From NCBI GenBank assembly GCA_946402315.1, contig CAMIWC010000002.1, positions 36,432-100,431 of the forward strand: 64,000 nucleotides of DNA, read 5' to 3'. The first letter of the stretch is position 1, and each line of letters starts with the position of its first letter. The notes below the pieces were generated by a model. The model had not been told where the DNA came from and did not search any database. It worked only from the letters and a program-made list of their open reading frames with translations. This DNA is from an uncultured Clostridium sp. (GTDB lineage Bacteria > Bacillota_I > Bacilli_A > RF39 > UBA660). The translations under genes were made by a program, and so were the position numbers. Of this stretch, positions 9,062-19,057 are shown piece by piece.

Positions 9062-10276
9062 ATGAAAAAAGCGATAGGTTTTACAATATTTTTTGCTGTT
9101 TTAATGCTTATATATCAATTTGTCATAGTTTTTTTAGAAAATGGTCATGAAATAAAATATAAAATAGAATCTAAAGATATGGTTTTTGATATAGTTGAAT
9201 CATATGTAAAAGATGAAGATGTAAATGGTTATTATATTAATGTAAAAGTTAATGATAAATCATATAATTTCTTTGCTAAGAACCAATATAATAAACAAAA
9301 AAAGATTGTTACTGATATAAAGTACATTGAAAAAGATGGATACTTTTGTTTATATCCAATAACAGTTAAAGAAGATAAAGATATTGATATTCTATGTTCT
9401 GATAAGAATAAATATTATAATGTTTCTTATGTTAAAACAAAAACTAATCTAGATGATTTTATAAAAGAATATGAAGATTTAGATAAATATAAGATTAATA
9501 ATACGAAAGATAATCAATTAACAGAGTATTATTATGAAAATAATATTGATGATAATGAATATGTTGCTTTGTATAAATATAATTCTTTTGTAATATATAA
9601 TAATCACAATGTTAAAAGGGTATCTATGTATTTTAAAGATGTTTACGTTAATGAAATAGGTGCTTATCTTGATTTCTATTACTTAACACCAGACACTACA
9701 TCTTCTACTCAAAATACTAGAGAATACTTATTAGTTAATCTAAAAAATGCTACTAGTAGAACGATATATCTAGATAGAGATTTCTCTACAAGTAGTTATA
9801 ATCTTGGAATAGTTAATCATAAATTATATGTATTTGATTTAAAAAACAAAATTGAATATGAATTTGATACTTATGGTAATTACAATATTGTAGGAGATCC
9901 TAGTAAAGGTTACAAGATATATCGTAATAATAAATGGGAAACAGTACCAGTAACCGAGTTTACTGAATCTAAATCAGTCTTTACTGAAGAGTATGAAGTA
10001 CCATTTAAATATGATGAATTATATAATGCTTTAGAATTCTATTATGTAATTAGAAATAACGATTTATATAAAGTATATAAGAATGATTTAGAAACAGAAA
10101 TATACTTAGGAAATATTGGTAGTCATACTAATGTTAAAGTATATAAAGACAACTTATATTACATAAATAATGGATACATATATAAGTATAATAAATATGG
10201 TAATAGAGCTATAGTTTATGACAATGAATTAATATATAATACCAGTAAAAATATGTATTATGTTTATGTAGAATAA
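9062..10276 (+). CDS. Hypothetical N-terminally anchored, Tyr-rich extracellular protein
   Basis: 404-aa ORF, RBS GAGGTG, N-terminal TM, beta-strand-rich body. Confidence 0.7.
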   Translation: MKKAIGFTIFFAVLMLIYQFVIVFLENGHEIKYKIESKDMVFDIVESYVKDEDVNGYYINVKVNDKSYNFFAKNQYNKQKKIVTDIKYIEKDGYFCLYPITVKEDKDIDILCSDKNKYYNVSYVKTKTNLDDFIKEYEDLDKYKINNTKDNQLTEYYYENNIDDNEYVALYKYNSFVIYNNHNVKRVSMYFKDVYVNEIGAYLDFYYLTPDTTSSTQNTREYLLVNLKNATSRTIYLDRDFSTSSYNLGIVNHKLYVFDLKNKIEYEFDTYGNYNIVGDPSKGYKIYRNNKWETVPVTEFTESKSVFTEEYEVPFKYDELYNALEFYYVIRNNDLYKVYKNDLETEIYLGNIGSHTNVKVYKDNLYYINNGYIYKYNKYGNRAIVYDNELIYNTSKNMYYVYVE

Positions 10277-10280
10277 AATT

Positions 10281-10312
10281 AAAAAAGAAGATAAAAAAAA
10301 TCTTCTTTTTTT
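10281..10312 (+). terminator. Terminator
   Basis: AAAAAAGAAGA-loop-TCTTCTTTTTTT. Confidence 0.7.
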
Positions 10313-10375
10313 ATATATAAAATGTTATACTAAAATAGAGTTAGAATAGGTTAGTAGTATATAGTAGGTGATTAT

Positions 10376-13300
10376 ATGAATAAGAATAAAAAAGGATTTA
10401 CAATTATTGAGTTATTAGCAGTTATAGTGGTACTAGGATTAATTATTTTAGTTGCTATTCCTGCTATCAATAGAGAACTTGGTAATTTTAGAAATAAATA
10501 CTACGTTGAACTAGAAAAAACAGTTAAAGCAGCAGGACAAGACTACATTGGTGATAAAAGATTTGCTAAACCAACTAAATTACTAAATACTAAAATAATA
10601 AAAGCATCTGATTTATCTAGTTTAAATTATATGGATCCTATAAAAGACTATAGAGGACATGAATGTGATAATACAGATACTTCTTATAGTTATGTTGTAG
10701 TTGTAAAACTAGGGGAGAAAAAGTATGAATATCAAACATGTTTAAAATGTTCTGATGATGAATATGTTACTGATACAACTAACCAACAATATGATTTATG
10801 TAATCCTGCTTGGTTAAATAATGAACATATTACTTATAATGGATTAAGTGGTGGAAGCGACGATATTCTATGGGTTTATTATGGAACTAGTGCTGAAGCT
10901 ATTGAAAGACAAGTTGGACTTACATATGGAGTTGTTAAAACAGATGGAAAAGGACATGAATTAGCATCTGTTTCTGAAGCGGGTTCTGGTAAAGCTAAAA
11001 TTATTTATCCAGATAATATTAATGAATTAGTTGATGCTAATCTAGATACAGTAGTTGATTTAGTATATACATTACCTAGTGGAGAAACTGTTACTAGAAA
11101 AGCTAAGATGTATAGATATGGAGTACCAAAGATAAATATTACTTATACTGAAGGTAATGCTTTTACTGGTAAAGCGGCTGGAGCTAGTTATGGTAGTGGT
11201 GCTAATGAATGGGCAAACCATTTAACAATAAGAGTATCTTATGCAGAAGATGATTTAAATAAATATGCGGAAGTTATTGCTCAACATGGTATTAAGAGAA
11301 TTGAATATCAAATAGGTAATTCTGGAAACTGGTATCCTATTGAATCATGTAATTCTAGTAATGGTGGAACTTGTGTATGGGATTTAAATAGTGTCTTTGA
11401 CAAGAATATAAAAATTAGAATAGTAGATGATCAAGGTAACGCTAGTATGGAAACTCCATTAAGAACTATTAAAGTAGACTCAGTAAAACCTACTGCTGAA
11501 ATAGTAGTTACTCATAGTGGAGAATTAGTAGGTGGTATCTTTAATGGAGATGTTACAGTTACTTTGAATACTAATGATACTGGTGGAAGTCCTAGTTATA
11601 AAAAAGGTTTAACTACTAGTAGTACTCCTACATATAATAATGTTACTGAAATAGTATTACATGAAGATACAAATACAACATATTATGGATATGTTATGGA
11701 TGCTGCTGGAAATACAAGTCAAGATTCTAAGGCAGTTATAAGGGATACAACTCCTCCGGTAGTAAGAGTTACTATGATGAGATGTCAAGATCCAGATGCT
11801 AAAACTGGATGCGGTACAGTAAGTAATGCTGGACATACTACTGCTTGGTATTTAAGAGGAATGAGATATGAAATCTTCGTTGTAGAAGATAACATGGATA
11901 GAATTGAAATATACCAAAATAACGCTGGAACATTCTCTAGTAACCCGGCTGTATCTAGTACACCAACAAGTGTAATTCCAGATACTCTAACTACTTATGC
12001 TAGTGTTACTGGTGGTGGAAAGAGAAGAATTAAGATTGTTGCAATAGATAAAGTTGGACAAAAAACAACAGTAGAATATACTTTAAATATTTCTAAAGTA
12101 TTTACAATAACTCTAAATAAAGATGGAGGTTCTGGTGGAACTGATAAAATCTATGAAGCATATGGAATAGGATTTGCTTCAACAGAAGCTAATGCTAAAA
12201 ATGGAGTTTATTATGCAGGAAATACTGGATTAACAGTTCCTACAAAAAATCACTATGATTTTGATGGGTATTATGATTCATCTTCTGCGGGTACAAAGTA
12301 TTTTAATGGAACTGGTAAAATAACTACTAATGCAGATACTACTAGATTTGATTCTAATGATACTTTATATGGAAGATGGACTCCAAAGAATTATACATTA
12401 ACTTATAATAGTAATGGTGGAACTGCATGTTCACCAGCAACTATTACAAAAGCTTATAATGTTGCTTGGGGAGTTGCTTGTACACCAACAAAAACTGGTG
12501 GATATAAATTTGAAGGATGGCATGATACTACTGAAAGTGGTTCAACTATCAATGCCTCTACTAAAGCAACTAAAGATGTTACAGCTATGGCTAAATGGCT
12601 AAAGACATATGACATTATTTACAATATTAATGGTGGAGATGGTGGTACTGTAGCCAATTCAACATGTGTTGTTAATACTGATTGTGTTGTTAAAGCAAAT
12701 TCATATACAAAAACAGGATATCAATTCAGTCATTGGAATACTAAAGCCAATGGTACTGGAACTACTTACTATCCTGATAATAAAATTACTTTAACTAATA
12801 AAAATATTACTTTATATGCTATTTGGGAACCTAATAGTGTAAGAATTACTTTAGATGATAATGGTGGTTCTGGTGGTTCTGGTTCTAAAACAGCTGTTTA
12901 TGGACAAGATATGCCTCAAACAACACCACCATCAAAAGCATCAAATACATTTACTGGATATACTAAGAATAAAAATGGTACAGGAACAAGATATTATAAC
13001 CATTTAGGAAAATCTGCTCATGTAAGTGACTTTGCTTCAGCAGCAACTATTTATGCACAATGGTGTGCTAACTGTGTTAAACCAACTAATGGTGATTGTC
13101 AAACAACAGTTAATAACAATGGTACTTGTTCTTATAGTGCTACATGTGCTACTGGATATACTGTAAGTAATGGAACAACTCAAACAGCTACTTGTACACC
13201 AAATACATTTACATTTGTTTATAAAAAGAATAATACTTCAGCAACTGGTACAATGTCTAATACAACTTGTACTTATGATCAAGCATGTAATTTACGTAAT

Positions 13301-14974
13301 ATCAATTTCTCATTAAGTGGATATACATTCCAAGGATGGGCTACAACTTCAACTGGAGCAGTAGTATATGGAAATCAAGCTAATGTTAAAAATAAATATA
13401 CTTCTGGATCACATAATATATATGCAGTATGGGCAAAAAATTACACATTATCTTATGATGGAAATGGTAATACTGGAGGATCAACTGCTGCAACAACTTG
13501 TGTTAGTGGACAAGCATGTACTATTAGAACTAATGGATTTACTAAGTCAGGACATACATTTGCTGGATGGAATACAAAAGCAAATGGAAGCGGTACAAAC
13601 TATTCAAATAATGGATCAATAACAATAACTGCTAATACGACATTATATGCAAAGTGGACTGTAAATACATATACATTGACATATAATAATAATAGTGGTT
13701 CTGGATGTACTTCAAAAACAGGAACATATGGATCAACATGGGGTGCGTTATGTACACCAACTAGAAGTGGATATACATTTGTAAAATGGAATACAAAGTC
13801 AGATGGATCTGGATCAAATATAACATCAAGTACAACCGTATCAGGAAATTTGACAGTATATGCAATATGGGCAAAGAATTACACATTATCATTTAATGGA
13901 AATGGTAATACGGGAGGAAGTACAGCAAGTAAAACATGTGCTAGTGGAATATCATGTTCAATAACATCAAACGGATTTACTAAAACAGGACATGCATTTG
14001 CTGGATGGAATACAAAAGCTAATGGAACTGGTACAAACTATTCAAATAATGGTTCAATAACAATAACTGCAGATACAACATTGTATGCAAAATGGACTGC
14101 AAACACATATACATTAACATACAATAATAATAGCGGATCTGGATGTACTTCAAAAACAGGAACATATGGATCAACATGGGGTACATTATGTACACCAACT
14201 AGAAGTGGATATACATTTGTAAAATGGAATACAAAGTCAGATGGATCTGGATCAAATATAACATCAAGTACAACCGTATCAGGAAATTTGACAGTATATG
14301 CAATATGGGCAAAGAATTACACATTATCATTTAATGGAAATGGTAATACGGGAGGAAGTACAGCAAGTAAAACATGTGCTAGTGGAATATCATGTTCAAT
14401 AACATCAAACGGATTTACTAAAACAGGACATGCATTTGCTGGATGGAATACAAAAGCTAATGGAACTGGTACAAACTATTCAAATAATGGTTCAATAACA
14501 ATAACTGCAGATACAACATTGTATGCAAAATGGACTGCAAACACATATACATTAACATACAATAATAATAGCGGATCTGGATGTACTTCAAAAACAGGAA
14601 CATATGGATCAACATGGGGTACATTATGTACACCAACAAGATCGAGTTATACATTTAAAAGATGGAACACAAAGTCAGATGGATCTGGAACAAATGTAAC
14701 CTCAAGTACAACCGTATCAGGAAATTCGACAGTATATGCAATATGGGAATTATCTTGTGCTCTTGTTACTCCAATTAACAATGCATCTAATCCACAATTT
14801 TGTTGGACATTAGCAACCACATTATTTGGAAGTGGTGCAGAATATGATAAATATTTATATTTATGTAAGAGTACTGATAAATCTACTTGTGTAAAAGCAA
14901 CAAATGCTATGTGTCAACAAATTCCTAATCAATGGCCATATTACTCATATTACAGCCCAATAAAATGTAATTAA
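10376..14974 (+). CDS. Giant type IV prepilin-like surface protein with Ig-like and InlB-B/Listeria-Bacteroides (Flg_new-like) repeats
   Basis: Class III signal KKG|FTIIELLAVIVVLGLIILVAIP; Ig-like ...DAAGN/DKVG ends; many YTLxYxxNGG...GYTFxGWNTKxDGSG...TLYAxW units; Cys-rich. Confidence 0.85.
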   Translation: MNKNKKGFTIIELLAVIVVLGLIILVAIPAINRELGNFRNKYYVELEKTVKAAGQDYIGDKRFAKPTKLLNTKIIKASDLSSLNYMDPIKDYRGHECDNTDTSYSYVVVVKLGEKKYEYQTCLKCSDDEYVTDTTNQQYDLCNPAWLNNEHITYNGLSGGSDDILWVYYGTSAEAIERQVGLTYGVVKTDGKGHELASVSEAGSGKAKIIYPDNINELVDANLDTVVDLVYTLPSGETVTRKAKMYRYGVPKINITYTEGNAFTGKAAGASYGSGANEWANHLTIRVSYAEDDLNKYAEVIAQHGIKRIEYQIGNSGNWYPIESCNSSNGGTCVWDLNSVFDKNIKIRIVDDQGNASMETPLRTIKVDSVKPTAEIVVTHSGELVGGIFNGDVTVTLNTNDTGGSPSYKKGLTTSSTPTYNNVTEIVLHEDTNTTYYGYVMDAAGNTSQDSKAVIRDTTPPVVRVTMMRCQDPDAKTGCGTVSNAGHTTAWYLRGMRYEIFVVEDNMDRIEIYQNNAGTFSSNPAVSSTPTSVIPDTLTTYASVTGGGKRRIKIVAIDKVGQKTTVEYTLNISKVFTITLNKDGGSGGTDKIYEAYGIGFASTEANAKNGVYYAGNTGLTVPTKNHYDFDGYYDSSSAGTKYFNGTGKITTNADTTRFDSNDTLYGRWTPKNYTLTYNSNGGTACSPATITKAYNVAWGVACTPTKTGGYKFEGWHDTTESGSTINASTKATKDVTAMAKWLKTYDIIYNINGGDGGTVANSTCVVNTDCVVKANSYTKTGYQFSHWNTKANGTGTTYYPDNKITLTNKNITLYAIWEPNSVRITLDDNGGSGGSGSKTAVYGQDMPQTTPPSKASNTFTGYTKNKNGTGTRYYNHLGKSAHVSDFASAATIYAQWCANCVKPTNGDCQTTVNNNGTCSYSATCATGYTVSNGTTQTATCTPNTFTFVYKKNNTSATGTMSNTTCTYDQACNLRNINFSLSGYTFQGWATTSTGAVVYGNQANVKNKYTSGSHNIYAVWAKNYTLSYDGNGNTGGSTAATTCVSGQACTIRTNGFTKSGHTFAGWNTKANGSGTNYSNNGSITITANTTLYAKWTVNTYTLTYNNNSGSGCTSKTGTYGSTWGALCTPTRSGYTFVKWNTKSDGSGSNITSSTTVSGNLTVYAIWAKNYTLSFNGNGNTGGSTASKTCASGISCSITSNGFTKTGHAFAGWNTKANGTGTNYSNNGSITITADTTLYAKWTANTYTLTYNNNSGSGCTSKTGTYGSTWGTLCTPTRSGYTFVKWNTKSDGSGSNITSSTTVSGNLTVYAIWAKNYTLSFNGNGNTGGSTASKTCASGISCSITSNGFTKTGHAFAGWNTKANGTGTNYSNNGSITITADTTLYAKWTANTYTLTYNNNSGSGCTSKTGTYGSTWGTLCTPTRSSYTFKRWNTKSDGSGTNVTSSTTVSGNSTVYAIWELSCALVTPINNASNPQFCWTLATTLFGSGAEYDKYLYLCKSTDKSTCVKATNAMCQQIPNQWPYYSYYSPIKCN
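13423..14746 (+). repeat. Three tandem 438-bp (146-aa) units, each a pair of Flg_new-like domains
   Basis: Unit starts TGCA(G/A)TATGG at 13423, 13861, 14299 and again at 14737; 13748-14199 appears identical to 14186-14637. Confidence 0.9.
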
Positions 14975-14988
14975 AGGAGAGTTATTAT

Positions 14989-15618
14989 ATGAAGAATAAA
15001 ATATTAATATTATTAATAATAGTAATTGGAATATTTGCTATTGTAGGTGGAGTAGTTCTTGGTGGTAATAACGGGACAGAGGAAGAAACAAATAATAAAC
15101 CAAAAGAAAATCCTCCAGTAGTAGTTGATGAAAACTATGAAAAACATTATCAAACTCCAACTCCTCAAGAAGGAGAAACAATTAAGAATACAAGTGAAGA
15201 AGAAGTTAAAAACAACTATAAAAATATGGGATTTGATAAAGTAGAATGTTCAAATGGAGCATGTACAATGTCTAAACCAGTAGGTGCTAAAGGTGAAGAA
15301 AATGATTCTTTACAAATAGCTTTCTATGAAGGAAATGTAGATTTTATAGGAATAAGAATGGTTTATTTAAAAACTTCATTTAATCCTTCTGTAGTAACAA
15401 AAGACCTAAATGCTGTATTAAATAATTATATTGGTTACCAACTAACTGATGAATTAACTAGTTCTGCTTATGAAGAAATAAAAAATATTTCTGATGATAC
15501 AAACTATGTTAAAGAATTTACTGTCGGTAATTATACATATTCTTATACAATGGGACAAAGTGGAAACAATTATGTTTGTTCTTTGCAAGTCTTTAAAATC
15601 TCAAGAATTGATCAATAA
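14989..15618 (+). CDS. Hypothetical membrane-anchored protein
   Basis: RBS AAGGAG, N-terminal TM, Pro/Glu linker, Cys pair. Confidence 0.7.
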   Translation: MKNKILILLIIVIGIFAIVGGVVLGGNNGTEEETNNKPKENPPVVVDENYEKHYQTPTPQEGETIKNTSEEEVKNNYKNMGFDKVECSNGACTMSKPVGAKGEENDSLQIAFYEGNVDFIGIRMVYLKTSFNPSVVTKDLNAVLNNYIGYQLTDELTSSAYEEIKNISDDTNYVKEFTVGNYTYSYTMGQSGNNYVCSLQVFKISRIDQ

Positions 15619-15640
15619 AGATGTCGTAAGACATCTTTTT
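15617..15640 (+). terminator. Terminator
   Basis: AAAGATGTC-GTAA-GACATCTTTTT. Confidence 0.8.
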
Positions 15641-15691
15641 AATTGATTGTATTATATAATTATTGTAAAATGTAAATATGGAAGTGATATT

Positions 15692-17059
15692 ATGAAATTA
15701 GATTTAGCAGATTTAATAAAAGATTATAAAAAATATTTAGATAAGGAAATAGTTTTAGAAGGATGGATAAGAAACCATCGTAAACAAAAAAGTTTTGGAT
15801 TTATTGATTTCTCTGATGGTACTTGTTTTCCACATTTACAAATTGTATATGAAGAAGATATAAATAATTTTCTAGATATTCAAAAGATGTTGGTAGGATG
15901 TGCGATTAGAGTAGAAGGAACTCTTGTAAAATCTACAGGAAATCAAGAATATGAGTTAAAAGCAAAAGAAATAGAATTATTAGGTGATTGTCCTGCTGAT
16001 TATCCAATTCAGCCTAAAAGACATACTAGAGAATTCTTAAGAGAAGTTGCTTATTTACGTCCAAGAACAAATCTATTTCAAGCTGTATTTAAAATAAGAA
16101 GTGTAGCTGCTCAAGCAATACATGAATATTTCCAATCTAATAACTATGTATATGTTCATACACCATTAATAACTACAACAGATTGTGAAGGTAGTGATCA
16201 AATGTTTAAAATTACTACTTTAGATTTGAGTGGAGATAAGAAGTTAGATTTATCAAAAGACTTATTTGGTAAACAAGCATATATTACTGGAAGTGGACAA
16301 CTTCATGGAGAAACATTTGCTTTAGCATTTAAAAAGATCTATACATTTGGACCTACATTTAGAACTGAAAACTCTAATACTAAAACACATGCTAATGAGT
16401 TCTGGATGATTGAACCTGAAATATCTTTCTGTGATTTAAATGGGTTAATGGATATAGAAGAAGACATGCTTAAATATATTGTTAAATATGTATTAGATAA
16501 ATGTAGTGATGAAATAGATTTCTGTGATAGTTTTGTTGAAAAAGGATTAAGAGAGAAACTAGAGAAACTAGTAAGTTCTCACTTTTCAAGAATTACTCAT
16601 CATGATGTAATAGATATTTTAAAGAAAGCAGATGTTAAATGGGAATTTACTCCTGATTATGATGATGATATTGCTAAAGAACACGAGAAATATATTACTG
16701 ACTACTTTAATGGACCGGTATTTATTACAGATTGGCCAAAAGATATTAAAGCATGGTATATGAAAACTAACCCAGATAATAAAACAGTTGCTGCAGTAGA
16801 CTTAGAAGTTCCAGGAGCTGGAGAATTAATGGGTGGTTCTCAAAGAGAAGATGATTATGATATTCTTCTTAAACGTGCTAAAGAAATGGGAGTAGATATT
16901 GATAGTGTTGATTGGTATATGAATTTAAGAAGATTTGGTGGATGCTATCATGCTGGATTTGGTATGGGATTTGAAAGATTAATTATCTACTTAACAGGAG
17001 TAGAAAACATTAGAGATGTAATACCTTATCCAAGAACTCCAGGAAACTGTCAATATTAA
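15692..17059 (+). CDS. asnS: Asparagine--tRNA ligase
   Basis: OB-fold GWIRNHR..FIDFSDG, YLRPRTN, YTFGPTFRTENSNT..HANEFWMIEPE, GELMGGSQRE, GFGMGFER. ATG at 15692 (track start 15647). Confidence 0.95.
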   Translation: MKLDLADLIKDYKKYLDKEIVLEGWIRNHRKQKSFGFIDFSDGTCFPHLQIVYEEDINNFLDIQKMLVGCAIRVEGTLVKSTGNQEYELKAKEIELLGDCPADYPIQPKRHTREFLREVAYLRPRTNLFQAVFKIRSVAAQAIHEYFQSNNYVYVHTPLITTTDCEGSDQMFKITTLDLSGDKKLDLSKDLFGKQAYITGSGQLHGETFALAFKKIYTFGPTFRTENSNTKTHANEFWMIEPEISFCDLNGLMDIEEDMLKYIVKYVLDKCSDEIDFCDSFVEKGLREKLEKLVSSHFSRITHHDVIDILKKADVKWEFTPDYDDDIAKEHEKYITDYFNGPVFITDWPKDIKAWYMKTNPDNKTVAAVDLEVPGAGELMGGSQREDDYDILLKRAKEMGVDIDSVDWYMNLRRFGGCYHAGFGMGFERLIIYLTGVENIRDVIPYPRTPGNCQY

Positions 17060-17062
17060 AAT

Positions 17063-17087
17063 AAAGAGAAGTATTTCTCTTTTTTTT
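17063..17087 (+). terminator. Terminator after asnS
   Basis: AAAGAGAA-GTAT-TTCTCTTTTTTTT. Confidence 0.75.
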
Positions 17088-17131
17088 GTGGATAAAATAC
17101 TATATACTTAATATAGAATAGGGGTGGTATT

Positions 17132-18778
17132 ATGGTACTACGTAAACCATATGCATTTTTAATAAGACACTTTAAAGCTATTCATCTTATTCTAGTAGTA
17201 CTAATGGCTATTCTTGCTTATAAAATGTATCAAATAAGTGCCTTTTTGGGTCCTTATATTGAATCAGGAGAATATCGTGCTATTAGTGGAGTAGCTAGTA
17301 AATATGTAGGATTATTAGGTTTTGTTTTACCGTTATTAATATTATTCCTTTTAGGTAGTATTACCTTCTTATTAAAGAGAAAAGAAAAACCTATAAAATT
17401 TTATTTAATATCAATGCTAATATATCTACTAGAACTAATAACAATAGTAGTAGCGTATTCAATATTAACATCTATTCAACAAGGAAATGTTAATACTACT
17501 TTTGCAAGTATATTTAGTGATTTAATTCGTGCTTTAGCAATTATACCTTTACCAATTATTATCGTATCTCTAGTAAGAGGTGTAGGATTTAATGTAAAGC
17601 AATTTAATTTTAAAAAAGATTTAATAGATCTTAGTATTGAAGAAGGGGACTCAGAAGAATTCGAATTAGATGTAGAATTTGATAATGAGAACTTAAAAGC
17701 TAAATTTAATAGAAGATTAAGATTTATTAAATATGTATATTTAGAAAATAAGAAAGTATTCTTTGGAATACTAATATTAATTATATTTGTAATAATAGGT
17801 CTAGTAGTTAAATATATTACTAGTATTGAACATATTTATAAAGAAGGAGAACATTATTCTTCTAGTGGAATTGACTTTGTAATAAATAAAACTTATATAA
17901 CTAACTTGGATTGTCGAGGAAAAGAAGTAAAAGCTGATAAATATTATGTAATAGTTAATATGACTGGTACTAATAATTATGATGAAGCCCAAAAATTACC
18001 AATGAATTATATTTATTTAAAAGTATCTGGTCATAAGCAATATAATCCAATTGATATCTATTTAGATGAATTCTCTGATTTAGGTCCTAGAATGACTTCT
18101 GATACAGAAATAGATGCCAAAAAAACAATGAATTTTAATATAGTATTTGAAATAGATTCATCAGATAAAGATAATGAAATGAGATTTGATCATATTAAGA
18201 GTTTTAGTCAAAATTTAGATGGATCATATAAATATGCTAAAGTAGTAATTACTCCTAAAAAGTTTAAAGAAGAAAAAGTAGTTAATACTGTTAATTTAGG
18301 AGAGAAACTAGAGTTTAAAGATAGTTTAGTAGAAGGAACATCAATAACTATTAGTAGTGCTGAAATAGCTAATAAGTTTGAATATAAATATAAGAAGACT
18401 ATTGGTGGCAAAGAAAAAGAATTTACTAAACCAATATATCCAACAGATTCATCTAAGTTTAAAAAATCAGTATTAAAAATGGATGCTAATCTAGTACAAA
18501 ATCCAAGTTTGAATAAAAGGATATATAAAAGTTTCTATGAAAAGTTTGCTTTAATAGAATATGAAGTAGATGGTAAGATGTACTATGGTAAATCATTTAT
18601 AATTGATTTAACACAAAGTGATGGATATACTTATTTAGAAATAAATAAAGAAGCAAGTACTTCTAAAAAAGTTAACCTAGTATTTACTATTAGAGATAAA
18701 GTATATAAGTACACTATTATTGATATTCAAGAAGAAGAAAAAACAGAAGATAAAAAAGATGTGGTTAGTAAGAACTAA
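17132..18778 (+). CDS. Hypothetical membrane protein with about 5 TMs and an extracellular beta-sandwich (DUF4352-like) region
   Basis: Hydrophobic N-terminal half; YYVIVNMTGTNN...IVFEI pattern; RBS GGGGTGG. Confidence 0.65.
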   Translation: MVLRKPYAFLIRHFKAIHLILVVLMAILAYKMYQISAFLGPYIESGEYRAISGVASKYVGLLGFVLPLLILFLLGSITFLLKRKEKPIKFYLISMLIYLLELITIVVAYSILTSIQQGNVNTTFASIFSDLIRALAIIPLPIIIVSLVRGVGFNVKQFNFKKDLIDLSIEEGDSEEFELDVEFDNENLKAKFNRRLRFIKYVYLENKKVFFGILILIIFVIIGLVVKYITSIEHIYKEGEHYSSSGIDFVINKTYITNLDCRGKEVKADKYYVIVNMTGTNNYDEAQKLPMNYIYLKVSGHKQYNPIDIYLDEFSDLGPRMTSDTEIDAKKTMNFNIVFEIDSSDKDNEMRFDHIKSFSQNLDGSYKYAKVVITPKKFKEEKVVNTVNLGEKLEFKDSLVEGTSITISSAEIANKFEYKYKKTIGGKEKEFTKPIYPTDSSKFKKSVLKMDANLVQNPSLNKRIYKSFYEKFALIEYEVDGKMYYGKSFIIDLTQSDGYTYLEINKEASTSKKVNLVFTIRDKVYKYTIIDIQEEEKTEDKKDVVSKN

Positions 18779-18791
18779 TCACATCTTTTTT
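18752..18791 (+). terminator. Terminator overlapping the stop codon
   Basis: AAAAAAGATGTGGTTAG-loop-CTAATCACATCTTTTTT. Confidence 0.75.
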
Positions 18792-18800
18792 ATAAAATTA

Positions 18801-18829
18801 TTGAATTAGTTTATAGTATTTGTTATAAT
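18801..18829 (+). promoter_or_regulatory. Sigma-A promoter of tRNA-Cys
   Basis: TTGAAT-17 bp-TATAAT with extended -10 TG. Confidence 0.65.
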
Positions 18830-18841
18830 CTATTTATCGAT

Positions 18842-18915
18842 GGGTCTATAGCCAAGTGGTAAGGCATGGGACTGCAACTCCCCGAGCGCTGGTTCAAATC
18901 CGGCTAGGCCCTCCA
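18842..18915 (+). tRNA. tRNA-Cys (GCA)
   Basis: Acceptor GGGTCTA/TAGGCCC, D-arm GCC-AAGTGGTAA-GGC, anticodon loop CT-GCA-AC, T-arm GCTGG-TTCAAAT-CCGGC, discriminator U plus encoded CCA. Confidence 0.97.
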
Positions 18916-18926
18916 TAATAAAAAGT

Positions 18927-18954
18927 ACTTAAACTAATTAGTTTAAGTTTTTTT
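18927..18954 (+). terminator. Terminator after tRNA-Cys
   Basis: Perfect palindrome ACTTAAACTAATTAGTTTAAGT followed by a T-run. Confidence 0.7.
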
Positions 18955-19057
18955 ATGGCTTGAGCTTGTCTAACCTCGCTTGTTGTCCTTGAAAAAATGG
19001 CCCAAATGAAATAAAATATAATTGTTTTATGAACAAAAAATGAAGGAGTAATTTTTA

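Noticed and set aside
13423-14746. CRISPR array
   Set aside because: Repeats are 438-bp in-frame coding units without spacers; no cas genes
1-18915. An ICE integrated at tRNA-Cys carrying the T4SS genes
   Set aside because: No integrase or relaxase and no duplicate of the tRNA 3' end were seen, and housekeeping asnS lies between the T4SS genes and the tRNA; the region left of the window cannot be assessed
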